This document shows, piece after piece, positions 8,734 to 21,842 of a DNA stretch of 47,538 nucleotides. Under the pieces are notes generated by a model. It saw only the letters and a program-made list of their open reading frames with translations, was not told the DNA's origin and ran no database searches. The translations under genes were made by a program, and so were the position numbers. Position 1 is the stretch's first letter, and each line of letters starts with the position of its first letter. This stretch comes from Perkinsus olseni (taxonomy: Eukaryota): assembly GCA_013115125.1 (NCBI GenBank), contig JABANN010000247.1:1-47538 (forward strand), read 5' to 3'.

Positions 8734-11700
8734 ATGAGCACTGATGGTCCGGGTTCGTCATCATCATCGGCCGTGCGATTGTTCGGATTGGTGCAAGGGA
8801 GTCGAGTGGGAGATCCAATAACGGCCATGTGCAGTCCACAGGTGGTGATGGGAGGTCAATCCGTGAAGTTCATGCTTGAAAGATTCTTATCGTCGATCAT
8901 ACAATTTGTACTTCGGCTAGACGGTGGAGAGACCGGCAACTCTTCGCGGGAAATTTTCCGGATGGAAGATATCTTTGTATACGAAAGAATTATGAACAGA
9001 AAACCCGTGCCGAGATTCGTTGTTTTCACATCTTTGTGCCACAACTCGTACTCGGCCGAGAATATCTCATCCGCCTGAGGTCGTGGGTTCGATCCTCGGT
9101 AACTTCATCTCTCAGGCCTCTGTTTTCTACGTCGGATACAAGAGCGGCCTTCTTGAACGGTGAGGCGTTCGGAAAGTCGATTTTTCATTTCCCATTCGGC
9201 AAGGTACTTTGTATCGTCATCTCCGAGTTCCGGTGAAATCGTGGCGATAATTACCGCCAAAATCAATATCCCCGGGAAACGACCGATCGATAATATATGG
9301 GCCTGTGAAACGAAAAGTAGTAAAAGAATGCCGTAAGTGGCTAGGCTATGGGACAACTTGCTAGCTACTCGAACCAGTTAGAGAATCTTTGAATTTCTTG
9401 GAAGCGCACAGACGAGGATATGATCTCGCGGTTCTGCAGCCGCTTTTGGAAATTGATTTGAACTATAGGCCTCCGCATCTCCCTGATGATGATGTGAACT
9501 CGGTGGCGCAATCAGAAATGCGTTCGTTGTATGAATTCACGCTCGAAGTTGGATTTTGAAAAATGCTAGACTGTTAGGAGATCGAACCCATCATGATCAT
9601 ATTCAGCGAATCGCTTGTACCTGATAATGCTGCGCGTTCATGCTGGACACGGTGAAGCGTTGCATTTGTATTTTTTACGTGTATTTTTACCAGTGAGATA
9701 TCCTTCGGCCGTTTCATTACTAGCGCTTTCGCGATACCACAAATCGGCTAACTCGTATTGTTACGCCATGCGATGCAGGTACGGCTGGCTCGGGAGGGCA
9801 TATCTTTTCCCTGTGCAACGGCAATCTTTATTTGCTACCTTCCACCTTGGATACCTCTGGGAGTATCATATGTCGATCAGTGAAGTGTGCGGCGCCTCAG
9901 CAGGGCCGTGGTGATGAGGACGGGCTGCCCGATATCGTTGTATGCACTACTAAGGGGAGAGTGTTGATGTAGTAATTTGGGATCGCCGGCAGGTCGAGAG
10001 ACAGAGTAGTTTTTGATTCTTTTATATTAGAGCAAATGAGAATTTTCCGGCAAGAATAATTTCCTCGGTGGGGTTTGGGATGGTGAAAGGGTATTCTTTG
10101 CTGTGCGGTTGCAAATACTCGTATGCGGCTTCGTCTGAAATTTTTCGGATTTTTTTTCGGAAAAAGCGATTATCACGAGACATGACATGATCAGTCATGC
10201 CAAAGAACGTCTGTCTTATTTAGCAAATAGGTCCAGTCTTTTGGTTTTTTTTTCAACGCTGGGGCGAATGATAATTCTCCCATCGCAGAATTTTGAATTG
10301 TTTGAGATATTCTTGGCTGTGCGCTGGCAGATACTCCTATGCGGAATCATCGGGTGGGTATAGGAATGCTGCCTCTGGTGGTGGTACTAGTATGATGTCG
10401 GAGATTTGTGGTATGAATGAGGCACCAGATGGAGTTGTATGGTGGCAAGGATGGATAATACTGGCCGGGGGTGATTTTAGGGAAGGCTAATCGTAGCAAA
10501 AATCGGCGATTGAATTTTCTCGCCCTCGCGCAGCTGTGAATAGTCGTAGTACACGGAGTGTTGCACTTGCATGTTGTGGAATCTGAAAGATATAACGAAG
10601 TTGATGAGTTTGTTAAGTTGTCTGGTGATGCTCTTCGCGGTGTCGGCGGTTCCCGTCTTCTTCTGCATTCTTATTAGAGCGATTCGTATCTTATCTGTTA
10701 TACACATTTCAGCGATTGTCGCCTTTCTTGCATACTCAATAATTTGTCGTCAGGCCGTTCGGGACGAGGGGGTTCGTCCTATCTTGCTGCGTCGAGTGTG
10801 GATGGCTCGGTAAGGGAGCTTTGCCCCATTGATGGGCCCGCCAGTTTAACCCTTATCCCGGAAGCTAATGAGGTACTTCTGAAACGTATCTTTTGTGCCC
10901 GTGGTTGTCATGAGTGTAATAAGAAGTATCTTCAGGTATTGTTGACTGGCCAGGAAGGCCTGGGTATTTTCATATCTTTACCAGAACCGCAGCGGCAAAG
11001 CGCGGGTAGTGTAAATCTCGCTCGCCCAGTATTTTTACGTGAAACGGTCAGAAGATACTATTTAGGTGAAGTGCCTCATCCAGCAGCGCGTAATAATATT
11101 CAGTACTCCGAGGGAGTGGAACTATGCCTGTTGGAAAGGTGGTATGTGACGGAGCGTAAAACTGCATTGGGATGGCAATTCTTGGACGTGCGCGATTTGG
11201 TGCATCCATCTTTTCTTAAAAGATTTTCGTTCGCATATTGGTTTCAATTTCATCCTTGAATGCTTTGAGAAGTGCAGTAAAACGACATATGTGGGATTCG
11301 AACCTGCGTCATTATCAGGTTTATCATCAGTGCCTCGCCAATGGACGGTACGGTTGATATATATTCTATTTGGGACCAGAAGTTGGTACAATCATTGACG
11401 TTACCCGAGCCAGTGATGGCATTGGGAGCATCTCCTACTACTATCGAGGAGGCTGCTTTAGAGGATATGGACACTGGGCGGGTAGTTAGGGATTGGAAGA
11501 TTGGAAATTGATAGATTCTTGGAGTGGTGGTAGTGGATGGGTGTGAGGTCCAAGTGGTTTGATGCTGTGGTTTTGGTAGTGGATTCAATGCCAATGTTGG
11601 TATGTCTGTATAATGACTGTCGTCTGATAAAAAAATCTGCATCGCGGAGCTTTTGAGTAGTCTCCTAGTCGCCATCCATACCGCATTACGACCCGAACGC

Positions 11701-14700
11701 ATCACCTGCGTACTATTACCTAACCAGGTAATAGTTTCCAATGACGATTGGTAGGAGATGTATTTTTCATATTGAGAAACCCCATACAGAATAGACACGC
11801 CGCTGTAGGGTTGGTCTATTAGCAAATCTCTCCGACTTGCGTGTTATGTTGGATGCTTTGCTGTTGCCCTTTCAGAAGCATGTTAGTTTATGCTGCCTTG
11901 GGACGGCGTCCGGATCGGTGTATGGTTTGGTACCAATACCCTTCCATGTGCAGTTGAAAAGATTAATAGTGGGGATGAAGATTGAGCCGGCCTTTGATCT
12001 ACTGAATGCGATGTATCCTATAGGGGTGAGACGGGTGCGAGGATCGATCCGGGGTTGTTTGGATGAAGAGATGCAGTTATGACGTGCTCCGCTGCAGGGA
12101 GGTGCTATTGCTGGTGAAGCTCGAGCGAAGGCTATGGATTTGCTGCATAGAGATGCAGGATGGCAGTTATTCTCCAACTTGCAATTCTCTCAGGTGAGGG
12201 TTATTCGACCTTACTGATGGGCATCTCAAACCTTCTCTTAATTTTCGGTCACACTGGCTGTTCTTAAGGTCGCATTCTGGTGAATCCTGTCATAGCGGAT
12301 GCCCCCTCGCACTGCCGTATGAGCTTGTACACTCTCCATCGTTATCTTTCTGACTGTGTGGTGTGTTTCGACGGTCTGTCGATTGTGAGTGAGTTTTGCC
12401 TACTCCGTTTCATCGAGGTGTTGTGATGGATCGCCAACCCGAGTGGAATGGACTCGGAACCTTAGTTTACTTATGAAATTGAATAGTCAAGTGGAGTTAG
12501 TTCACAGTGAGCTAGTTCTGCACTAGTTCACTGAACTAAGAGAACTTAGAAACTGGTTCCACTTATGCTTTCTCTTCACTTATTACTAAAACTCAGTTTT
12601 TCTGTGACACGAGCAGTTTCGTTGGCCATACTTGAGTTACTGTGCTGCTCAGGCGTTGCAGCACTTGTCGTCACTTCGAGATTCTGAGCTTGACTGGTCG
12701 AAGATTCTCCATTTCTGGATATTCCTCCTTCCGGAAGAGTGGGTATCCGCTGTGGAGGAAGCTGCTCTAGATGAGAGTAGTGTCTTTGAGCCCGTCGAAC
12801 TATCGAGGTAGTATCTTGAGGTTAAGCTGGTAAGATACAAAACAGGCCAGGTCGTGTACCATCGGGGAGTACATCTCTGAGAGGAAGTCGGATCTAACCA
12901 CGAAAGGGACGCCAGTAGAAGCCGCTCTCGAGGAGCTCTCTAGTCTAGCAGGTACGACGTCTCCCTTTTCAAAACGAAATACCGTCATTTCAGATAGGGC
13001 TATGGCGACCTTTCTAGCGTCCAATCGAGATCGAGTCAATTCTGCGAAGATACAGAGGGCGGTGGACTTGGTATTGCTAGTGTTACTGGTGGCTACGGGT
13101 AGGATGAAACCGGTGAGAGAATCCGGGAAGGCGCCATTGGGAACAGTCGTACGGGGCTCGTGTTTGATTTCTTAGTCGGCATGTGAGATTCAGTATGGTT
13201 CTACTCGCAAGCTTCCTTTCCCTCTCTAGCAGATAGTCAAACTTGGGATATTGATTTCCCTCGTCTCTCAATTTTTTGGTGGATCTCAGAATCGATGCTT
13301 TGACGGAAGCATATTTTCTCTCGTAGGTGATCCGAGATGGCGGATGTGGTTGAACCCCAAGGGACCTCAGGGAGCTGATGAGACGCTGAAGCTGCCGATT
13401 AACATCACGCCTGAGGAGTTCAGTGCGGCGGTGAGGAGGTTGCATCAACCACCAGCTGAGGGACGAGAAGCTGCGGCCTGGCTGATGGCGGCAATGGCGG
13501 GTAGTAAGCTGGATTTTATTAATCTCGCTCGCCCCGTCGATCGATCGATAGGGTCAGTGGGGTATGGGTATCGACCGGATATTGGGAATCCTAGGTTGAT
13601 GTGAAAACTCGTAAAAATGCGGGATTGAGATCAGCGATGAAGTGAATGGCCGTCGGTTGTGTCGTCTTTGCATGAGCACGGATGATGATATTTTTTTCAG
13701 GAGAAGAGGAATCCTCGCGGGTGCGCGCTTTATCTGCCCTCGATGAATGCCTACCTCACAGCGCTGAGAGGCTACTTCAGAGCCTGGCCGAGGCGAGACG
13801 ATCGGACCCCGAGCGATGGACTGTGGAGAAGGAGAGGCGTTTTTTTAAGAGCTTGGGAAGGTAGTGAGGTTTCATTCAAAAGGTCTCTGGTTCGATTCTG
13901 GGCTCAGACGTTTTAGCGATATTTTATGTTACTCTCATGCATGGTGAGTTCCTATATGGGTTGTCTCAGATGCCTTGATACGCTTGGATCGGATACGAGA
14001 CGGTTCGATGCTGCTGTGGAAGCTTGGATCGATTTAGTATCACCACTTCCGGCTGAGAAGGTTATCAAGGACTTGGAACCATCGCCTTTGGTAATGCAGG
14101 GAGGGCGTCTCACGATCACTATGGGTAGAGGTTACATCGTAGGGATTTGGACCTAGCAGTGTTAGCGTTGTGTGCAAGAGTTGGAGGATCGTGATCTAAA
14201 GAAGGCGAGGGCCTCATACGGGCCACGCTGTAGTCGACGACTACGATTTTCGAGTTTTCCGCTCTGTTACGCCTGCATGTATATGTACTACATGTTTCTT
14301 CCTATGCAGTCGTCACAGAGTGAAAATCCGCTGTACAATTTTAAAACATCGGGGCTCGTAATTCTCTTGCTAGTTTGATGATGATCTTGTGGAGCTGAGG
14401 ACAGTTGAGGTGTTTTGATGTTTCGAGGCGGATCGGATATCTTCAGGTGTTGGAAGCGTATCTCAGTAAGAAAATTGAGAAGGAGTCTCAGTGCAGCGAG
14501 GAAGAACGGATAGAGCTCAGGACTCAGTTGGCGATACTGTATATGAAGGTAGCAGGGATGGAACCGGGGACCTTCGGGTTACGATTCGTGCCTTAGACTC
14601 CGCAGCTGAGAGGGAAGTTATTACCGTTGTTAAAGAGTGACGAGAAGATCGATGCTGAGAAAGTGATGGACGAGGCGGTGAATTTGGAGCCGGTTGAAAG

Positions 14701-16999
14701 GATGGTAGCTTGTAGTGGTAGACAGTCTGTGTGACTAAACGCTATCATTGCAGGCTCTCTTGGGTCGGATGGGTCGCCACAGGGATGCCCTGTTAGAGTG
14801 TTTGGATAGGGGAGAGGAGTATTGCGGTGATGATAAGGTACTACTTCCGAGGCAGGGTGGTCCAGCATCATAACGCCTCTCTGCTGGGGGATTAATATAT
14901 CACGCGGAACGTGTTCGGGTTTTTGGATGATGTGATTATTCGGGTGAAACTTGTGAAAATGATGGGCCAAGAAGTGAAGTCGGATGCAATGGCAGTTGAA
15001 CAGGCCCTGATGCAAGGTTCGGCCCAGCAGACAGGCTGTAGTTTTCTTTTGTAAGGCTAGCGGGTCGGTCGACGCAGGCCACTACATCAGCTCGAGAGAG
15101 GCGGTTCTGTACTGTGTGATGACTCCCTCGCACCTTACCAGAGCTATTGTGCGCGACTATGCCTTGGGCTTCCGCGGTACACACCCTTACAGAGACAGCT
15201 TCAAGCTTGGCTCTTGCCGAGTACCCACTCAAGCTAGTCTCCCTGGCTCGTTCTCTGAACGATTCCGCGGAAGTGGAGTTTGATCAGAAGTTCAGATTGT
15301 CACCTAGTACCAGAGCTTGTCAGATGTCATCGTCTCACGGCCTCTCATACTCTGAAAAACTTTTCACATTTCTTCGAAGACGGCCTAGCAGCTAGACCCT
15401 AGCTGTTGGCCCTGATGATGTGGAGTGATTGGACGCTTGGTAGACTTGTTTCATCGCGACCGCCCGCGAGGTACCGGGACCGCCATCTTCGCTTCTTCAC
15501 GGATGAACCTTGGCATGTGTCTGAGTATGCCTGTGCAATGGCACAGTCTGAACCACGCTAGGCTGGGCTGCGTCGTTGGCGAGGTTGAATTTCGATGCAC
15601 GATAGAATATGTGGCAGTCGTCGACGTCGAACGGCGAAAGGATCTATGGAATCCATATGAAATGAGGAGGGAGAGCTGGGAAATGTGATTATGGACCAGT
15701 ACCCTGGCGATAAGATCGTCTCATACAGTGTTTGAGCTGATCTTCCCCAAGAGCATAGAGCTACCACTCTGCTGAACGCTCCGTTGAAGGACTATTTCTG
15801 TCATGACGATGAGCAGATGAATGCTAGAGAGCCTTCGTTTCGAGACCAGGATGGTTAGTTGATGGACTGTTTCCTGTGACTGGAATCTATGAAGGATGTC
15901 GTGAAATCAGGCTCTCGTGCCATACTCACAGACGTTCATCGCCCTATGATGAGGAGATATCACCCTGGCCCGATTGTAGAGGCCCATCATGTTAACTAAG
16001 ATTTGAGTTACTACCACGTAGCTGGCATGTGTCATATAATCTGCTTCGCAAGGATCTAGGGAATGTGTGGTACGGCTCCCATTTAGGGAGGGCTTCCTGC
16101 GAGGAACGCTAATATTGTATAATTTATCGTGATCGTTTGGTTTGATATCAAGATTCCCATTGTCCTTCTCAGGGCTTGCTGTTGCTACTGGTATCTCTGT
16201 TATTGGAGTTATCTCGAACATCGGAGGCGCTAGCAGTGCTCAATCGTCATTACCTACAGCTTGACCCGTCTAGAGTGTTGGATCTGCTTCCAGATGATAT
16301 GCCCGTGGATGTTGCCGCAATAAGGTAATGGGGCCCATTGCGGGGAGGATCCTAGTGAGGAAAAGAAGCTTTGAGGTTGGATACTCATTCTAGATGCTAA
16401 GCTTGGAAAGTCTTGTTGTTCGCTGAATTGCAGCTTAGAGTTTTCTACCAAATTCTCCTAGGGAGACTCATTGGTGTTTCTATTGGACAGATATCTCCGA
16501 TCTGCGTGTGTCTCAACACCGGTCACCGCAGAGGATACAGTAATGGCTGCCGAGAAGATGATGGGCTCGGTGTTCTTGGACGAATATTCAGAATGGCAGA
16601 AGGAGAGGTCGAGGTACTACTGAGCAGACTTACCTGGTTTGAGCTGGACCAAATACTGGGTGAATTTGCAAAGCAAGAGTCCAGCGGAGCGTAATCTTGC
16701 CGGGCCAGCATAGCGGAGAATGGGTTACCTGTTGAAATTCGCGAGCCGCCAAGATCTCGATTCTGTTGCGGAGAGATATCGCTGTTTTGAATATGGTATT
16801 TTACAGATATGTGGTGATGTCGGAAGAGAAGGCTTGCCCGGTATGTAATAGGAGGTTCGTGGCGAGTGACGGAGATGTATCTTCGAAGCCTTTCGTGGTG
16901 TATCCGAATAATGTCTGTGTCCACATACAGTGTGCTGACCCTAGTCTGGGCGTTTGTCCGGTCACTGGAGTGAAATTCAGTCAATCGACGTACAAGTGA
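8734..16999 (+). CDS. Vps39/Vam6/TGFBRAP1-like HOPS/CORVET subunit (CNH domain, helical solenoid, C-terminal Cys/His knuckle), many exons
   Basis: Exons: MSTDG...ITAMCSPQ; ASVFYVGYKSGLLER; VLLTGQEGLGIFI; TVDIYSIWDQKLVQSL; LLPFQKH/LKRLI..IEPAFDL; AGWQLFSNLQFSQ/ALQHL; YLQVLEAYL..LRTQLAILY; terminal CPVCNRRF...FVVYPNNVCVHIQC. Confidence 0.85.
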
Positions 17000-17044
17000 C
17001 TGTTTCTAGGCGGTGAGACGGCAGAGTTGATAGTGGTTAAATTG

Positions 17045-17256
17045 GGGAATTTCGTGGCGCGCGGGAAGTTTTCATGTCATGAATGATGCCAAGTTGTTGT
17101 AGGGCTCCGCATGAGTATGCTTTTGAGGAGCTGGTATAGGGTTATGGTTGAGTGGAGAATTTTGTGGCGCGCGGGAGGTTTTTGTGTTATGGGATGACAG
17201 TTTGGAACAGCTTAGTGTCGGCCTTTTCCACATGCTTCTGAGGAGCTGGTACAGGG
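17045..17256. repeat. Degenerate tandem duplication of a ~110-bp unit in intergenic DNA
   Basis: gaattt(c/t)gtggcgcgcggga at ~17047 and ~17157, and atgctt(t/c)tgaggagctggta(t/c)aggg at ~17117 and ~17232. Confidence 0.75.
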
Positions 17257-17959
17257 CGTCGAGTCGAAGTTGTGTTGTGAGCAAACGGTGGCATTCGCAT
17301 GATCATCATCACGCTGGCTCGGAGTGGACGGGAGCCGAGCTTACCGAGGAGTTGAGGGCTGATAGACAGGCGGTAGTGGAGAGGACTAAACGGTGATAAG
17401 GGGGGCATTGCGTGGCGCTGGGGGTTGTTTAACGGCTACCATCGAGTGTCTTTGGGGGTTCTGTTTTAATGAGTCTTCTGCACTTGGCAGGGCGTAGTTG
17501 TTCTCCTGGAGTGATAGTGCGTTTCATATCCCGCGTGGGAGAGCACCCCAGACAGCGTTCGTGGCCTGTTCCGCTGAATGGAGTGTTTGCCGCAGATATG
17601 AAGAAAGTGAAAGCTTCTTGCTGTTGGCAGGGTTCGTAAGGTTATGTCTCCCGAAGAGACGAAGGCGTTGGTGATGCCATCGAGGCTTCCGGAAGACTTC
17701 ATAGAAGAGACCTTGATCCCCCACATGGAAAACTGTATCCGATTTAATATCAAAGTAAAAGAACTGCAAAGACACGTTCGATAATACGTTTAAAAGATTC
17801 TCGAAAATTTTCGGTTTTTGCGTGTGCGCTCGCGAGCGTGCGATTCACTACTTTCAGTTTTTGAAGTATACTCAAAAAGTGCACTTCTGTTCAGCCGACC
17901 CGGTTCGAACCCTGGGGACGTTGGATCGCGTGCGAAGGGCTGTATGAAGGATGATGGAA

Positions 17960-20130
17960 TAGCGTTCTGTCCGCTGGAAAGCGAACCACGGCTTTTCGAG
18001 CAATCTCAATATGGAAAATTTTCGTGGGCGTCGTTTGTTGTGGAGTTTCATGTCGTCTCTTAGACCTACACCCCAGCAGAGTTGACGCAGCTGACACGAG
18101 GCTACGCCCTCTACACGTACAGAAGGGACACCAGTGGTAACGGACCCTTGATGGAGTATCTCGCGGAAATGATCAAGTCGAGGATGGTGGCCTTTACGGC
18201 AATTGAGATTGTACTAGTGGGTGTGTTTTCGGCTGCTGGATGGAGGTGAAGGCTGCAGTTTGATGGCTCAGTAGAGGCCGCCGGCCCCGGGCCGGTGTCA
18301 GAATTGGGGAGAGAGCTACTGTGTTAGCGTATGGGAAGCTTGAAGGGAGTGATGCCCAGGATCGAAAGATCTGCCTTGAGTGTGACCAAACTGTCATGCA
18401 AATGACCTTTACAACCGAAGACTGGGTGATGAAACAACTCTGAAACTGTGTTGACCGATTTCTGAAATCATTATCACTACGTCTGCGGAAGGTGGTCGAG
18501 TAGCTCGCCAATTTGAGAAAGTTATCGCGAAGTGCTTTGCGTAACGGTTTGGTTCACGCTGTAGTCGGGATTTTCGGAAAGAAAGTCGTACCGCAATTCT
18601 CCCACATCAGGCGGACCGTACTGGCGTCGTGGTCTAACTCAGGTTGATGTGCTGCCGGCTTGCCAGACTCTGTTTCCGGATGACACTGAGTTGTTTGATA
18701 TGCTAACTGAGAGGATAAAAGTAAGGTTGGATTGGACGAGCAGGAAGTGGCGGATTTGTAGTATGTGAATTAGGAAACTATAAACGATTACAGCGCGCTG
18801 AATTTGATTGGGTTGGTGAGGACCTTCGCGCGCCGCGAAATTGAGAAGAAGGAGACGAACCAGGGGTATCCAGTCCGGGAGATATTGATACCGAGATTGA
18901 AGGAAGCACTGGAGAGGTGAGAAGCGATCTTGGGAATTTCGTGGCGCGTGGGAAAAATCGGCTATTGTGTTGTGGTGGGATCTCGCGGAACAGACGAGGT
19001 GTTCTCTAGGATGGCTTCTGTGATACCGAGTTTAACGCGATTTTCGCTTCCCTCGTCCGTTTGTGTCTGGCAATCTCCCACTCTAGCTCTGTGAACAAAA
19101 CTGTATTGGACTGACGAGCGTCGTTCATCCATTAACAGATGAAGCACAACCTTTCATCAGTGGAATAGTCGAACTCACGGGCAGACGGGTGGTTGATGAT
19201 GCTTGCAGATATGATACGGCAGAGGTGTGCGATATTATCGTAGCGATTGCCGACTCGGCAGCGACGGACAAGACTATCGGTATGGACTTGCCGATCATGC
19301 AGAGTGTCTTGCCTGAGCTGGAGCACAGGCTGGACGACTTAGGAGAGACCATTCCGTTGGTTAGCCACATATCGATCGCCTGGGCGCTGGCGAGATTGGG
19401 AATTTATCATGAGGAGTATCTTGATCGATTGGCTAAGATACTCCATGAGAAGGAGCATCTTCGGAATGATATTACGCCGAGGTATCTTGTGAGGTTGCTG
19501 TGGATATACAGCAAGTGTGACGCGCTGGAGAAAATAGTGCAAGATGTGGCACCGGTTTTGGAGGGAAGCGTCGGGTATATGGGCCCGGCTCAGTTTGCTA
19601 GGTTGGCGCAGTGTAGTGAACAGATGGCGAAAGTTAAGGATATTATTGATGTCCAGAGCATAGTAAATCGATTGGGTGATCGATTATGCAGCGAGCTTGT
19701 TGTTGGTATTGAGGATAATGTTACTAATGTCAGCAAGATGAGCACGGCTGATGCATGCTATATTTTACTGGGGCTGATAGAATCCGGGACGATTGAGAAG
19801 AACGTGGATCGACCTGAGGATGCGGATGGAAACTTTGTGGCGTGGATGAGAGATGGTTCGCGGTTGGGTCGCCTACTGGCGTACATGCACAAATTTCAGG
19901 ATGAGTTCGAGGCGAGTGAGATCCAGAAAATTATCAAGGTGCTGCATGTTGCACGAAATGGGGAGTACCGAGGCTACCTGGACTTATTGCCGGCCTCCTG
20001 GGAGTCGCAGAAAAAAGACATGATTCACAGAATCGCGAAAAAACGAGAAGTCGAGGAGAAATTTATGTTGGAAGAGGCGAAGAAGGAGAGGAGAGAAAAA
20101 GGGTTTTTGAAACGAGTTTTTGGACTGTGA
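17960..20130 (+). CDS. Alpha-helical repeat protein, FASTK/HPR(RAP-associated)-like, possibly an organellar RNA-binding protein; 5' start uncertain
   Basis: Exons TYTPAELTQLTRGYAL..MVAFTAIEI; VDVLPACQTLFPDDTELFDMLTERIK; DYSALNLIGLVRTFARR; and a long last exon with SIAWALARLGIYHEEYLDRLA and ITPRYLVRLLWIYSK repeats. The family assignment rests on motif resemblance only. Confidence 0.6.
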
Positions 20131-20496
20131 TGGTGGTTGGATGAGTAATTTGTCACGTTTCTGATATGGCACTTGAGCGGCATTCAAGCCTTTGCGTTGT
20201 AGTGTGGCTCGAAAATTGGGAAGGTTTGATGAGGTTGTCTTTTTCTCTCAAGAAGAGAGTGATCGACTGGTGTCTCGTCGGTGAAATCATCTGAAAGCAT
20301 AAATATATTTTTTTCGTGGACCAGAAGCAAAAAATTATTTTCCATCTTACAGGAAACCCTGGTCGCGACGAGCCCACCGGATTAGTCTGGAGTATTGAAT
20401 TGGAACTATCATTTTACCCGCGCTCTGAGCCCACGGTCGTGGGGGACCTGCATAGTTCTGGGCTGTCAGGGTTTCAGCTTCGCCTTCTTCTCCACC

Positions 20497-21842
20497 ATGG
20501 GTAAGAAGAATCGTAGTAAGAAGGCGTCCAAGGCAGGAGCTTCAGCGAAGCCTGATCTCGATGTTGGACAGCTCGCCGATGTAAGTAGAGGAATGGGATT
20601 TGTGATTGGAATGGTATGATGTTACTGGCTGGAGGGTGTCGTTCGCGTGAGGGTTGCTGGTGATTATACGAACGATCGTACCAGATTCAATCGCGAGTGA
20701 TCGGGAGCGTGGGGCAACTAGTGGAGTATTTCGGTTCGATCCCTGCACCCGACGTTTCTCAAAGCTTTGCCGAGAATGCCTGTGATCCGTGTCAGGTCCT
20801 CGCCACCTCTGGCGAGGCTGTAACTTCTACTGGCTCCTCGGCTAATGTTGTCGACTACGGTTACGATGGCGCTCGGTTGAATGTCCAACTCATGCAGGGG
20901 TAAGTGGATCAGGCCCGATCGATGGCACCTCTTCTCTCGAGCGGTCGGGCTAGAAATTGACAGCGAAGTCCCTCCGTAGGAGAGGGATACTGCCCTTGGT
21001 AGCATCCAGTGAAATAATCGGCCAATGAGCGTGTGGTATCAACCACAGAATCATTAATAATCGAAACGCTGTGCTCGACGGTTTTCATTTCTTGCAGACT
21101 CGCTGTTCGAGGGTTGGGTAGTTGACATGAGTCACCTAGTTGTTGATGGTGTGGTATCTTTAGGTCAACACGGCGAGTTCTGGCTGGCTTGGGAGTCACG
21201 GCGTCACGAGATCCGGTACTGTTGCGTCAGGCGATGGACTTCATGAAAAGGTAGTTGCCGGGGTTCGAACCGGGGACCTTCGGCAAGCCTATCCAAGCAG
21301 AATGGAATTGCTTTAGGGAGCCCCACTTTGCAGCTGCGGAAAAGCTTGTCGAGACGGACCGAGGCAGGACCATGGGCAAATACTCCCAGGCTATATTACA
21401 GTAAGGACAACATGACCCACGATTGCGTCGACGCCCTACGAGGGAGCCTTCTGGGCATTCACTTCCCAATGTCTTCCTAGTGTCACTTTCCAATGTTTTT
21501 CGGCTCACGCAGAGGACCTGGGTGTCAGGAGTTGCTCAAGTTGTGGTACTTTGCTGCTTCTTCAGAGCCTTCGAGGACGACCTCAAGGGTTTCGTCACGT
21601 CGCTTCAGAACGCGGCCATTGAGCGGTCCGAGTCGGCAAGGAAGCTGTCAGTGTTGGCAGCATCGAGGAAGGGTGTGGCCGGAGGGAAGGCGAGGCAGTT
21701 GATGAAGGCAACCAAGTCCACTGCGGCCGCGTTGTTGATGGCTAAGAAGGGCAAACCTGTTGTTATCAACAAGGGCACTGCCAGAGGTGGGGGAGCAAGG
21801 GGACTGGTGTCAGAGACTTCGGTCGTCAAAGGAGTATCTTAG
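20497..21842 (+). CDS. Hypothetical multi-exon protein with basic N- and C-termini
   Basis: MGKKNRSKKASK... followed by frame-consistent GT-AG-bounded exons (IQSRVIGSVGQLVEYF..; STRRVLAGLGV..DFMKR; EPHFAAAEKL..; AFEDDLKGFV...VKGVS*). Confidence 0.65.

Noticed and set aside
9600-12200. AT-rich region with minus-strand ORFs, initially suspected to be a viral insert
   Set aside because: It is explained by plus-strand CNH-domain exons and introns of the Vps39-like gene.
17314-17724. Small minus-strand gene (MWGIKVSS...)
   Set aside because: I could not join the exons with canonical splice sites in a consistent frame, and there is no recognisable domain.
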